This document shows, one piece after another, positions 9,762 to 19,299 of a DNA stretch of 64,000 nucleotides. Position 1 is the stretch's first letter. The number at the start of each line of letters is the position of its first letter. Source of the DNA: an uncultured Spirochaetota bacterium (lineage in GTDB: Bacteria > Spirochaetota > Spirochaetia > JAFGXN01); NCBI GenBank assembly GCA_944388995.1, contig CALXKN010000008.1, positions 17,160 to 81,159 of the forward strand, in the 5' to 3' direction. A program made the translations under genes and the position numbers. Below the pieces are notes generated by a model. It was not told where the DNA came from and searched no databases. It saw only the letters and a program-made list of their open reading frames with translations.

Positions 9762-10583
9762 TCAATTCACTTTTTCGGCTAAAACGGTTCGTTCGCGTTC
9801 ACTCAAATCGGGTTCTTCACCGGCCAGCAGCGCTTTGACCGCTTTTTTCTCTTTTTCCGACAATTTTACGCTTTTCAAAACGTGGTTACGGAACGCTTCG
9901 CATGCATATGGGCATACTTTTTCAGCAATCATCAGCAGAACTTCGGCATAACTTCGAATTTCTTTTTGCGCATGACCGTCGAGCCGCAATTTTAGAAAGT
10001 GAAACAGATTATGCAAATCGATTTGCCAATACCATTCCGTGTATAAACTGAGCGGCAGGTTGATTCGCGACAGTTCACGTGCAATGTTTTCGCCGATCAA
10101 CTTTTCGTAAGAATCGTAAGCGGCAGTTTGCTGATCAATTAAATTTTGCAGAACCGCTTCCCGAAGCACGGCAGGAACTTCTTCCTCCGAACGCCCTTGT
10201 TTATTATTCTGACTTTGAAACGCAATATCTTCGGCGGCCGGAACGTAAAACTCATTACGCATAACAGAATAACGGCCGGAAATTTCGTTCAGCCGCGCTG
10301 TTCGGTGACGAATCCATTGACGAGCAACAAAAATCGGCAGTTTGACGTGAAATGTGAAAACCACCTGTTCGAACGGAGAAGTGTGTTCGTTTCGCAGTAA
10401 ATAATTGATAAGCCCCTGATCTTCCCGAACTGTTTTCGTTCCGTCGCCGTAGGAAACGCGTGCCGACTGCACAATCCGCGAATCGCTTCCCATATAATCG
10501 ACCAAGCGAACAAATCCTTTATCCAAAACGGGAAACGCTTTGTCCAATACGGCTTCCGCTTCCGGAACGACACAATGCGCCAT
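9762..10583 (-). CDS. thyX: FAD-dependent thymidylate synthase
   Basis: ThyX motif RHRTARLNEISGRYS (RHRx7S). Confidence 0.9.
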   Translation of the reverse strand: MAHCVVPEAEAVLDKAFPVLDKGFVRLVDYMGSDSRIVQSARVSYGDGTKTVREDQGLINYLLRNEHTSPFEQVVFTFHVKLPIFVARQWIRHRTARLNEISGRYSVMRNEFYVPAAEDIAFQSQNNKQGRSEEEVPAVLREAVLQNLIDQQTAAYDSYEKLIGENIARELSRINLPLSLYTEWYWQIDLHNLFHFLKLRLDGHAQKEIRSYAEVLLMIAEKVCPYACEAFRNHVLKSVKLSEKEKKAVKALLAGEEPDLSERERTVLAEKVN

Positions 10584-10636
10584 AATCTTACCTCAATTTC
10601 GATTATAATATATTGAACGAAATTTGTCACGTCTTT

Positions 10637-11974
10637 TTAAAAAACAACCGAAACCGCCGGCGCTTCCGGCAAAGGCAGAGCGGCGGCTGGGTTTTCCGCC
10701 GCGCCGTTTTTTTGGACAATGACAACGGAACCGTCGGGCGCGTTTCCGTTGTCCGTATCGTAAGTCGAAAAATTGTACCGGTACAGATAATCCTGCATGG
10801 TGCGGCCGTCGGCGTAAGTATAAACGGCCTTTTCAGGATTTTTCAGTTCGCCGTCATAATAGGAAACGTCGTAGGCGTAGACAAATGTGCCGTCCGCACT
10901 GTAATACTCGCCGCGGACAATGGCAGATCCGTTGACGGCAAAAGTGTAGTAAAAAGTGATTTCTCCGGAGGAAGAGTAGTGGTTTTCCTTAATGGACCGC
11001 GGTGAGCCGCCGCTGTAATTGTAAATCCGTTCCTTTGAAAGAACAAAATACTGCGTCAGAAACTCATTGTCGGACAAACCGGCGCCGGTTTCGTTTTCCG
11101 TTCCCGGACGGCGGGTAAAGTATTCGATCCGTTCGATTTTACCGCTGCGGATGACGCGCCGCTCCGTTCCCTCCCACCGCGTGCGGTCGGGTTCGGTTTG
11201 GTTAAAATCTTTCGAATAATACTGATTGATGTTCAGATAGCGAACCTCCGAATCGGCATTCGCTGTTTCTTCTGTTACTGAGTAATAAAAATGGGCGCGG
11301 TAATGCGACGGCTGTGCTTTCGGATCGGTGTAAATTCCTTCATATCTCAAAAGTCCGTCGCTGTCGTAACCGTAAACGATTGTTTCGATATGCCGCTCTT
11401 CGGAGACGCCCGAAACGGAGGTGTAAAGATAATACGTATCTTCTTTTTTGTACAATCCGTCGTTGGTGTAACTGTAAACCGAATAATTTGAATCATCCGC
11501 CCAGCCTGCTTTGATTTGCTTCAGTTTTTGTGTGAACGTTGTCGGCCGCGACCATGTGACGAAGCGATTGCCGGTCGATTCATTGGAGACGGAAGCGCGC
11601 ACAAAATACGTTCCGGCACCTAAGCGATCCAAATACTGTGAATTGTAGGCAATAAACCAGCCGCCGTTTTGCGTAAAGGTTTCTGTCGTAATCAATCGAG
11701 AGGCGGAAAAAACGCCTTGATAGTTGTCGATATGATATGAAAAATCTTCGTTTTTAGAGAATTCCAGATAATAAACTGAATCGGAAATTGAAGTCCAAAC
11801 GAGGGCAGGATAGTAACACTCCCCGTAATCGGTTTTCGAAAAGACAACCGCATTGGTTCCGATCTCAACAGGAAAACCGACGTAATTTCCGCTTTTCGGA
11901 TCAACGGGATTTTCGAATGCAAAACAGGAAAAAAGAAAAAAAACCGACAATAAGACTAAAATTTTCTTTTTCAC
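10637..11974 (-). CDS. Lipoprotein with YD-repeat-like motifs (beta-rich, Tyr/Asp/Thr-rich)
   Basis: Signal peptide with lipobox (LLSVFFLFSCF). Repeated Y-x-YD/G motifs (YGYDSDGLLRYEGIY, YTYADGRTMQDYLYRY, YAYDVSYYDGELK). Confidence 0.5.
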   Translation of the reverse strand: MKKKILVLLSVFFLFSCFAFENPVDPKSGNYVGFPVEIGTNAVVFSKTDYGECYYPALVWTSISDSVYYLEFSKNEDFSYHIDNYQGVFSASRLITTETFTQNGGWFIAYNSQYLDRLGAGTYFVRASVSNESTGNRFVTWSRPTTFTQKLKQIKAGWADDSNYSVYSYTNDGLYKKEDTYYLYTSVSGVSEERHIETIVYGYDSDGLLRYEGIYTDPKAQPSHYRAHFYYSVTEETANADSEVRYLNINQYYSKDFNQTEPDRTRWEGTERRVIRSGKIERIEYFTRRPGTENETGAGLSDNEFLTQYFVLSKERIYNYSGGSPRSIKENHYSSSGEITFYYTFAVNGSAIVRGEYYSADGTFVYAYDVSYYDGELKNPEKAVYTYADGRTMQDYLYRYNFSTYDTDNGNAPDGSVVIVQKNGAAENPAAALPLPEAPAVSVVF

Positions 11975-12579
11975 AGACTGTTCCTGTTTAAATAAGTCTG
12001 GCGATATTTTTCTTCAGCTGCATTGATAAATGCCGTCTTTTGAGGTCGGTCTCCGGAAAACAGAACCGCCGCCGCAATCAAAAAACCGCCGGCCGCTGCA
12101 GTGCAAACTCCGGCAGGAACCAGACAAGCAACCGTTTCTTTGCGTGCCTGAACGGCAATCGATGTTTCGACAGCGGCTGTGTAGCGGCTGTACGGAACGA
12201 GCGCACCGCCGAACAAGGCGGCGCCCGCAGCCGCCAGCCCGGCGCCGCTGCCGAGAAACTGAAACGCCAACCGATCACGTTTGCGTCTTGTTTCCAGACG
12301 ACCGATTTTTCCATCGGTTTTTTCGCTCTCTTTTGAAACAATCCGCCTCGATACGTCGAAAAATCGGGCAACAGTCGCCGGTGATTCTTCGGCGATCATC
12401 CGGTCAAAGGCGGCCGTCAGCGTTTGAAATTCATGCAGCAGATCTTCGTCTAAAGGCAGCGGATTCGCCAAAGAGGCTTCGGCTTTTATCAAAAAAAGTT
12501 CCGTCCGGCTGCCGTCAATTCTCTGAGCCGCCGCCGAAAGAGCCGTAAAAAGAAAAACCGTTACAATAAAATTTTTCAT
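11971..12579 (-). CDS. Secreted hypothetical protein
   Basis: The preferred start is the internal MKNFIVTVFLFTALSAAAQ signal peptide. A C-terminal Gly/Ala-rich hydrophobic segment is present. Confidence 0.45.
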   Translation of the reverse strand: MKNFIVTVFLFTALSAAAQRIDGSRTELFLIKAEASLANPLPLDEDLLHEFQTLTAAFDRMIAEESPATVARFFDVSRRIVSKESEKTDGKIGRLETRRKRDRLAFQFLGSGAGLAAAGAALFGGALVPYSRYTAAVETSIAVQARKETVACLVPAGVCTAAAGGFLIAAAVLFSGDRPQKTAFINAAEEKYRQTYLNRNSL

Positions 12580-12643
12580 GCCGCAAAAAAAAGCATCAAC
12601 CGTTATTTTAAACCGATTGATGCTTTTGTCACTGATTTTTATC

Positions 12644-13891
12644 TTATTCGGCAACCGTTTCCGCAGCTGTCTCTTCTCCCGTTCCGGCATCATCGGTTTC
12701 GGTTTCCATCACCGAATCGTCGATTCCGTCATCAACAACGGGGGAATCTTCCGGAGGCAGAACAATCTCTTCCTCTTCCAAAATGATTTCTTCTTCGGCC
12801 GCAAGACGGTCGGCTTCATTGTAAACCACGTCGGCCGCGGCAATTTTCTCGTTGAACTGACGGACAGCTTCCTGATTCAGCTGAAAGCCGGTTTCGATTT
12901 CGGCAAACGCCCGGATTTGATCCAACTCAATCGTGTGTTCGGGAATCATCGAATAAACGTAAAAAACAATATAAGCGTTATAATCACTGTAATCGTACAC
13001 AGCGCTGACGCCGCCGTTCGGAACATCTTTCAATAAATCATCCACGTCTTTTGTGTTCTCGGTGATATAAACAAATCCACGGTTGGCTTTGTAGTCTTTT
13101 CTATCAAAATACGGATTGTCTTTCATGTATTTGGCTGCGGTCTTCATAAAGGCTTTTTCGGAATCGATTTTTGCAATATCCGCTTCCAGTTCTTTGAGAA
13201 GTTTTTCCGCAGCCGTCTCTTCGACAACCTCTTCGACGGTTTCCTCAACGCCTTCCACAATTCCGACCGTTTCTTCCGTTCCGTCGGCATTTTCTTCCGT
13301 AATTTCGCCTTCAATGACCTCTTCCGTTACTTCTTCCTCAACCGGTTTTGTAACAAACAGCTGACTGACATAATAACATTTCGGAACTGTGAAAAAATCT
13401 TCTTTTCTTTCGTCGTACCAACTCCGAACCTGATCTTCCGTCGGTTTTTGGTAAGTGTCGGCATAAATGGTTTCAATCAGTTTGTTCTGTAAAAGCGCAT
13501 CGGCCGTCATCTGACGGACTTCTTCCTTTGTTTTTCTTTCATAATAAGGAAACAACTCTTCGGCAATTTCCAGCGTCGGATAACGGCGGGCGCTTAAAAC
13601 AAAGTAATTGTAAATTTGATCGATTTCTTCATCTTCCAACTGAATCTGATACTCTTGCTGTAATTGCTCTACAACTGTTTCCCGAATAAACTGAGATTCA
13701 ACCATGCTTTTGGCCTGTTCTTCAATTCCCGGAAACCTCTCTTCTTCAGGCGGCAGAATATCTTCTACGGCTTTATTGAATTCGCTGACCGTAATGACTT
13801 TTCCGTTAACGGTCATATACGGACGGTTTCCGCAAGCGGCAACAGTCAAAATAAAAATTACGGACAAAGCCGCAAATAAAGATCTTTTCAT
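12644..13891 (-). CDS. Lipoprotein with an acidic E/T-rich linker (possible SurA/PpiD-like periplasmic chaperone)
   Basis: Lipobox LTVAAC. Low-complexity EEVTEEVIEGEITEENADGTEETVG linker. No PPIase motif recognised. Confidence 0.45.
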   Translation of the reverse strand: MKRSLFAALSVIFILTVAACGNRPYMTVNGKVITVSEFNKAVEDILPPEEERFPGIEEQAKSMVESQFIRETVVEQLQQEYQIQLEDEEIDQIYNYFVLSARRYPTLEIAEELFPYYERKTKEEVRQMTADALLQNKLIETIYADTYQKPTEDQVRSWYDERKEDFFTVPKCYYVSQLFVTKPVEEEVTEEVIEGEITEENADGTEETVGIVEGVEETVEEVVEETAAEKLLKELEADIAKIDSEKAFMKTAAKYMKDNPYFDRKDYKANRGFVYITENTKDVDDLLKDVPNGGVSAVYDYSDYNAYIVFYVYSMIPEHTIELDQIRAFAEIETGFQLNQEAVRQFNEKIAAADVVYNEADRLAAEEEIILEEEEIVLPPEDSPVVDDGIDDSVMETETDDAGTGEETAAETVAE

Positions 13892-13982
13892 GCGTTTTGC
13901 TCCTTGATATCATTTATTAAATTATAAACCGATTTTCCGCCGCCGTCAAGTCATTTTTACGCCGCGCGGAGATTACGGACCA

Positions 13983-14696
13983 CTACCAACAACCGCCGCG
14001 CTCCAAAATCAATGCCGCGGCGGCGGCCGCTGCCGTTTCGGTCCGCAAAATCCGCTCACCGAGAGCGTAAACGGAAAAACCGTAATCCGCAAACAGCCGC
14101 CGTTCATTGTCGGTCCAGCCGCGTTCACTGCCGACTGCCGCCGTTGCCGGAAGTAAAAACGCACTCTGATGCCGAAACGAAACGGCATTAGGCCGATTAT
14201 CGAAAACAAACCGCGGCTCTTCCGGCGGAAGTTTTTCCAAGGCGGCTTTCAGCGAATAAGGAACGGCAATTTCCGGAAGACGGGTTTCTCCTGCCTGAAC
14301 CGCGCCTTCAATCAGAAATTTTCGATAATTTTCCTCCTTCCACAAAGATCCGGCGCGGTAACTTTTATCGGTCAGTTCGGTCTGTGCAAACCAAATCCGG
14401 CCGACGCCCATGGCGGTTAAATCCTTTAAAAGCCGCCGCGCGGTAATCGGTCTTACCATGCCGACAATCAGGGTCAGTGCAAACAGCGGCGGCGATTCCG
14501 ACTGCGGCTCAAACCGGCAAACGCACTCTTTTCCGTCCATCGCCTCGATGTAAGCCGTTCCTTTCATGCCGTTGACAATACCGGCGGAAAAAGTGTCGCC
14601 TTTGCCTTTTTTCAGGATTTCTTTTAAATGACGGTAGCGTCCGTCATCCGAGGGCAGCACAAATGCCCCCGGTTCGAACAAAATCAGGTTCATCAA
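13983..14696 (-). CDS. rsmE: 16S rRNA (uracil1498-N3)-methyltransferase
   Basis: RsmE/SPOUT-type architecture (PUA-like N-terminus, GPEGGW-like C-terminal GSERGWTDNE). Confidence 0.8.
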   Translation of the reverse strand: MMNLILFEPGAFVLPSDDGRYRHLKEILKKGKGDTFSAGIVNGMKGTAYIEAMDGKECVCRFEPQSESPPLFALTLIVGMVRPITARRLLKDLTAMGVGRIWFAQTELTDKSYRAGSLWKEENYRKFLIEGAVQAGETRLPEIAVPYSLKAALEKLPPEEPRFVFDNRPNAVSFRHQSAFLLPATAAVGSERGWTDNERRLFADYGFSVYALGERILRTETAAAAAAALILERGGCW

Positions 14697-15718
14697 GCCT
14701 CCGGAACCGCATCGTATTCCAAAGAGAAAACGATTTCGGCATCCTCAAAAAGCAAATCGGTGAGCCGGTAATAAAGATTTTCATTTTTTTGAAGCGTGAG
14801 CAGCAACGCCGCCCAATCCCTCCACTGCGCTTCGGGAAGCGTTTCCGCCGGCAAAATTTCCCCGACATAAAAAACGGAAAAGGAGAGCGGTTCGCCCTCA
14901 TACACGGCGGAACATTCTCCCGGCTCCAACGCCCAAACCGTATCAGTCACGGCCTTTCCGTAACCTCGAAACTCCGGCCAAAAAGCGCCTAAAAATGTTG
15001 CCGGATCATCGAATTCCAAATCAGAGTATTTTTTGACGGCTTTCTCGAATTCCATGCCGTTCTCGACAGCTTTTTTCGCTTTTTCAAGCGTTTTTCGCGC
15101 TTTTTGTTTCCCTTTTTCTGTTCCGTCATGACGTTTCAGAATTTGAAAAACGATTTTGCGCTGCGGTTTTTCGGCAAAAGTTTTTCGATTCTCTTCGACA
15201 AATTGATCGATTTCGGCATTCGTCGGCTTTTCAGCTTCGGGCAAACCGGCTAAAAATTTCATCTTTTTATATTCAATTAAATTATCTCGCAGCATTTCCG
15301 AAACGGGAATATTTTTGTATGCGGCGGCTTTTTCAATCCGGCTTCTGTCTTTGTAAACGAACTCCATAAGAATTTCGGTTTGAGCATCTTCTTCGGCCGT
15401 TGTCATCGTTCCGTTTTCAGCCGCTTTTTGATCAAGCAGCAGCGCTTCGGCTATAGACAGTGCAACGGTTTTTCGAGCGCCGCGAATGTCGTCTTCGCCC
15501 GCAAACGGGTTGTAAATAAGGTAGGCGCCGAGTTTGGCGTCCGTCATGTCTTCCGTGATTTCGGTTCCGTTGACGGTTAAAACGACCTGTTCCGGACTGC
15601 CTTCCGGTACTTCCGGAATATTGTCTGAATTTTCTTTTTTGCAGCCGCTCATCAAAAAGAGGGCGCACAAAACAAACACAATTCTGTTCTTAACAAATAA
15701 ATCCTGCAAAACCGACAT
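14693..15718 (-). CDS. Lipoprotein, possibly SurA-N-like chaperone
   Basis: Lipobox LMSGC. Lys-rich helical middle region. Confidence 0.45.
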   Translation of the reverse strand: MSVLQDLFVKNRIVFVLCALFLMSGCKKENSDNIPEVPEGSPEQVVLTVNGTEITEDMTDAKLGAYLIYNPFAGEDDIRGARKTVALSIAEALLLDQKAAENGTMTTAEEDAQTEILMEFVYKDRSRIEKAAAYKNIPVSEMLRDNLIEYKKMKFLAGLPEAEKPTNAEIDQFVEENRKTFAEKPQRKIVFQILKRHDGTEKGKQKARKTLEKAKKAVENGMEFEKAVKKYSDLEFDDPATFLGAFWPEFRGYGKAVTDTVWALEPGECSAVYEGEPLSFSVFYVGEILPAETLPEAQWRDWAALLLTLQKNENLYYRLTDLLFEDAEIVFSLEYDAVPEA

Positions 15719-16703
15719 AATCTCCTTTATAAAATACGCAAAGTTGTCCCGGCGTCACGGCGCGAACCGACGTTTCCCATTCGATAACAATACGACCGTC
15801 GGCTTTCACCTCTTTTACGCGGCCGGGGCGGCCTTCGTCGCGGTAACGGATTTTAACGGTTCCTTCCGTTCCGACGGAACACTCTGTCAGAGCCGAAAAA
15901 TTGACATCACGAATAGTGACTGTTTTGCTAAGAAGCATCTCTTCTTTACCGACGTAAACGGTATCCGATTCGGCGTCAATTTTCAATACAAACAGCGGAT
16001 AGCCGATTCCGATATTTAATCCGCGCCGCTGTCCGACTGTGTAACGGTGAATTCCGCGATGGCGGCCGACTTCTTTTCCGTTCGGCAGCTCTATAAACGG
16101 ACCGTCGGTTTCATCGGAAAAAAACCGTTTGTAATCACCGACGCACAAATCCTGACTCTCTTTTTTTTCGGCTGTCGGAAGACCGGCTGCCGCCGCTATT
16201 TTGCGTACTTCCGCTTTTGTCATTTCTCCCAGAGGAAAAATCGTTTTCGCTAACTGCCGCTGTGAAAGCATCGCTAAAAAATACACCTGATCTTTTTCGG
16301 CATGAGCACCCTTTTTTAAGCGATAGCGCCTCATTTTTTCGTCGTAATCAATGACGGCATAGTGTCCGGTTGCAAAACGGTCGAATTCGATTCCAAGTTC
16401 TTCCGCTTTCTCCCAAAAAATTCCGAATTTAACTTCTCGATTGCAGCGGACGCACGGATTGGGCGTTCTCCCGTTTTCATAATCTTCTTTGACATAAGCG
16501 ATAATTTTTTCGCGATACTCTTTTGTCAAATCAATTTCATAAAACGGGATCTTTAAAAATTCCGCCGTTTTCTTGGCGTCACTGTGGTCATCTTCGGAGG
16601 TCAGTTTCATGGTAATTGCCGTCACATCATGTCCCTGTTGTTGCAGCAAATAAGCACAGACGGAAGAATCGACTCCGCCGCTGAGTCCGATAGCAATTTT
16701 CAT
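15690..16703 (-). CDS. mnmA: tRNA-specific 2-thiouridylase
   Basis: PP-loop SGGVDSSV; conserved TGHYA motif. Confidence 0.9.
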   Translation of the reverse strand: MKIAIGLSGGVDSSVCAYLLQQQGHDVTAITMKLTSEDDHSDAKKTAEFLKIPFYEIDLTKEYREKIIAYVKEDYENGRTPNPCVRCNREVKFGIFWEKAEELGIEFDRFATGHYAVIDYDEKMRRYRLKKGAHAEKDQVYFLAMLSQRQLAKTIFPLGEMTKAEVRKIAAAAGLPTAEKKESQDLCVGDYKRFFSDETDGPFIELPNGKEVGRHRGIHRYTVGQRRGLNIGIGYPLFVLKIDAESDTVYVGKEEMLLSKTVTIRDVNFSALTECSVGTEGTVKIRYRDEGRPGRVKEVKADGRIVIEWETSVRAVTPGQLCVFYKGDYVGFAGFIC

Positions 16704-16792
16704 GTTGTTATTATAACAGAATTCGTGTAAATTTTAAATATTTTTATTGAAAATTCGCCCGTCATCCTCCATAATAAAAATAGGAGTTTTTT

Positions 16793-17659
16793 ATGAAAGA
16801 GATTAAAGGTATTATTCCGGCAATGGTGACTCCGTTTGACCAAAACGGCGAAGTCAATACCGATTCCGTAAAAAAATTGGTCAACGTTTTGATTGATGAA
16901 AACGCTGACGGGTTTTATGTCTGCGGCAGCACGGGTGAATCGCTTTTGCTTTCCTTAAACGAACGGAAACTGATCCTGGATACGGTTTTGGAAGCCGTCA
17001 ATGGCCGCGTACCGGTTATTACGCAGGTTGGCTGTATTGCTACCCGCGAAGCGGTTGAATTGGCGGCGCACGCAAAAAAAGCCGGCGCCGATGCGGTCTC
17101 TTCTCTTCCCCCGTTTTATTACAAATTCTCCGGAAAAGAGTTGGAGACCTACTACAAAACCGTTATGGATGCTGCCGAACTGCCTATGATTGTTTATAAC
17201 ATTCCGGCTCTGACAGGCGTCAATATGTTTTCCCAGTGTCCGAATTTATTTAAAGATGAGCGCGTTTACGGCGTAAAACACACCACAACAGACTTATACC
17301 AAATGTCGATGTTCAGGGAATTAAACCCGAAACTGAAACTTTATTTCGGAAGTGACGAGCAAATGATTGCCGGACTTTCCATGGGAGCCGACGGCGCCAT
17401 CGGTTCAACATTTAACTTTCAGTGCAAAGAAACCGTCGCTTTATACCGAACGCTGCAGAACAATGATTTCATCGGAGGGCTGCCGCTTCAAAAGAAACTG
17501 AACGAAGCGATTACACTGATTTTGGAAACCGGTTTATATAACTCGATTAAATATATTATCGAGAAAAAATACGGCTTCCCGATGGGAGAATGCCGCAAAC
17601 CGTTCGCTTCTTTGCCCGATGCGGAAAAGACCAAACTGAACCGGTTTTTCGGATTTTAA
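16793..17659 (+). CDS. nanA: N-acetylneuraminate lyase (DapA/NanA family)
   Basis: GSTGE motif and IVYNIPALTGV (Schiff-base Lys region), which is NanA-like rather than DapA-like (GTTGE). A ggag RBS is present. Confidence 0.7.
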   Translation: MKEIKGIIPAMVTPFDQNGEVNTDSVKKLVNVLIDENADGFYVCGSTGESLLLSLNERKLILDTVLEAVNGRVPVITQVGCIATREAVELAAHAKKAGADAVSSLPPFYYKFSGKELETYYKTVMDAAELPMIVYNIPALTGVNMFSQCPNLFKDERVYGVKHTTTDLYQMSMFRELNPKLKLYFGSDEQMIAGLSMGADGAIGSTFNFQCKETVALYRTLQNNDFIGGLPLQKKLNEAITLILETGLYNSIKYIIEKKYGFPMGECRKPFASLPDAEKTKLNRFFGF

Positions 17660-18252
17660 TTGTTTTCGAGAAAGCGGACGCGGGCGGCTGTCAGTTCCGA
17701 AATTCCGCTTCGAAATTCGCCGGCTTTCGACAGCGGAACAACAACGGAACAGCCGACCGTTTCTCCGAAATTTTCTTTTTGCCATTCGCCGCCGTTTTTC
17801 TCTGCAAAACGGCGGATTTTTTCGTAATCGGCGTAAGAAACTTCAAACGTCACAGCCGCTTTTTCCGTCAATTCTTCGGTTTCCAAATGCGTCAGCAGCT
17901 CTTTGACCGCATCGGAGTATGCACGCACCAATCCGCCGGTTCCCAGCTTGGTTCCGCCAAACCATCGGACGACAGTCACCAAAATGTCGGTCAGTCCGCT
18001 GCCTTTCAAAACTTCCAGCATCGGCCGCCCAGCCGTTCCGGAAGGTTCATGATCATCGGAACAGCCGGCAAACTCTCTTCTTGGGCCGCAAAGGAATGCA
18101 TGACAGACGTGCGTCGCGTCGGGATAACGTTCTTTTTGCCGCCTGATAATTTCTTTGACTTGAGCCGGATTATCAATAAGAAAGTTTTCAGCAAGAAATT
18201 TCGATTTGCAGACAACTGTTTCGCTTTGTCCGCTGCCGACAGCTCTTTTCAT
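17656..18252 (-). CDS. yigZ: YigZ/IMPACT-family protein (UPF0029)
   Basis: DDHEPSGTAGRPML......RWFGGTKLGTGGLVRAY matches the IMPACT signature. Confidence 0.85.
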   Translation of the reverse strand: MKRAVGSGQSETVVCKSKFLAENFLIDNPAQVKEIIRRQKERYPDATHVCHAFLCGPRREFAGCSDDHEPSGTAGRPMLEVLKGSGLTDILVTVVRWFGGTKLGTGGLVRAYSDAVKELLTHLETEELTEKAAVTFEVSYADYEKIRRFAEKNGGEWQKENFGETVGCSVVVPLSKAGEFRSGISELTAARVRFLENN

Positions 18253-19289
18253 ACGATCAGCTTTTCAAATAAACTGCCGATTTTGTTCTTCAATGATGGA
18301 TTTTCATTGAATTTTGAACGAATCAGGCGGGAAATCTCTTCGAAACGATATAAAACAATGCGCTCAAAGTTGAAATGTTTTGCCAACACATCGGCAACGG
18401 CAATTTCCGGTTTGATATAATAACGCAGATTTTTCGGCATAAGACGGCGGTATTCTTCCGATAATCCGGGATTCAGCAGTTTTCCGCGGGCTTTCAGGGC
18501 GCATTCGTCCTCTTCTATAAAATAATCGGTTCCGAAACAGCGGCCGAAAATTTTCAGCGTATCCAAATATCCCAAACGGCAGAAACGATCCAGAAATTCG
18601 CTTTCAAAATCAAAAACGCCGAAAAGCGTCGAAATTTTTCCGAAATCAATCGAATTTTTGATGTAAATCAGATTGACGCCTTCGTAATCGGGCGCTTTAT
18701 TCCGTCCCAATCCGGAAATATCGACGGTAATGATGTTTTTGTATCCGCTGTCGCGGACAATCCGGAAAGGGATATTGTCGGCAATACCGCCGTCCATGCA
18801 CCGTTTTCCGTGAAGCGGCTGCGTTTTGATGCCGGGAAAGGCTGTGGCCGCCAGAAGATACGGAATCAGTTCTCCTTCGGGAATCTCTTCGATAAACAGC
18901 TCTTCCTGCCGAAGCCGGGAGAGGTTAAACGTTGTCAGACCGTAACGGATTCCGCTTGTTCTGATTTTTTTCTCGTCAATATGCCGTTCAAGCAGCCGTT
19001 TCAGAGGCGCGGCGCTGACGCCGAAATTTTTAACAACTCCGATAAGGAAATCTTTTACTCCGGCGTCCGGCGGCAGTCCGAGAATTTTTTCGAGGGTAAC
19101 GGCGCGCCACAACTCAAAGGCCGAATCCCAATCGTTTTGCGCCATCAGAGCGCCGTTTACGGCGCCGATACTGGAACCGATAACAACGTCGTAACAAATG
19201 CCAAGCTCCCGCAACGCTTTCCATACGCCGATTTGGTAAATGCCTTTGGCGCCTCCGCCGGCCAAAACCAGCGCATACCGGTTTTCCAT
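18249..19289 (-). CDS. Patatin-like phospholipase
   Basis: GGGAKG oxyanion motif, GSSIG (GxSxG) nucleophile and DGG catalytic Asp. Confidence 0.85.
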   Translation of the reverse strand: MENRYALVLAGGGAKGIYQIGVWKALRELGICYDVVIGSSIGAVNGALMAQNDWDSAFELWRAVTLEKILGLPPDAGVKDFLIGVVKNFGVSAAPLKRLLERHIDEKKIRTSGIRYGLTTFNLSRLRQEELFIEEIPEGELIPYLLAATAFPGIKTQPLHGKRCMDGGIADNIPFRIVRDSGYKNIITVDISGLGRNKAPDYEGVNLIYIKNSIDFGKISTLFGVFDFESEFLDRFCRLGYLDTLKIFGRCFGTDYFIEEDECALKARGKLLNPGLSEEYRRLMPKNLRYYIKPEIAVADVLAKHFNFERIVLYRFEEISRLIRSKFNENPSLKNKIGSLFEKLIV

Positions 19290-19299
19290 ATACGCCTCC

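Noticed and set aside
10613-11005. 130-aa plus-strand ORF
   Set aside because: It is antisense to the YD-like lipoprotein gene and has no support.
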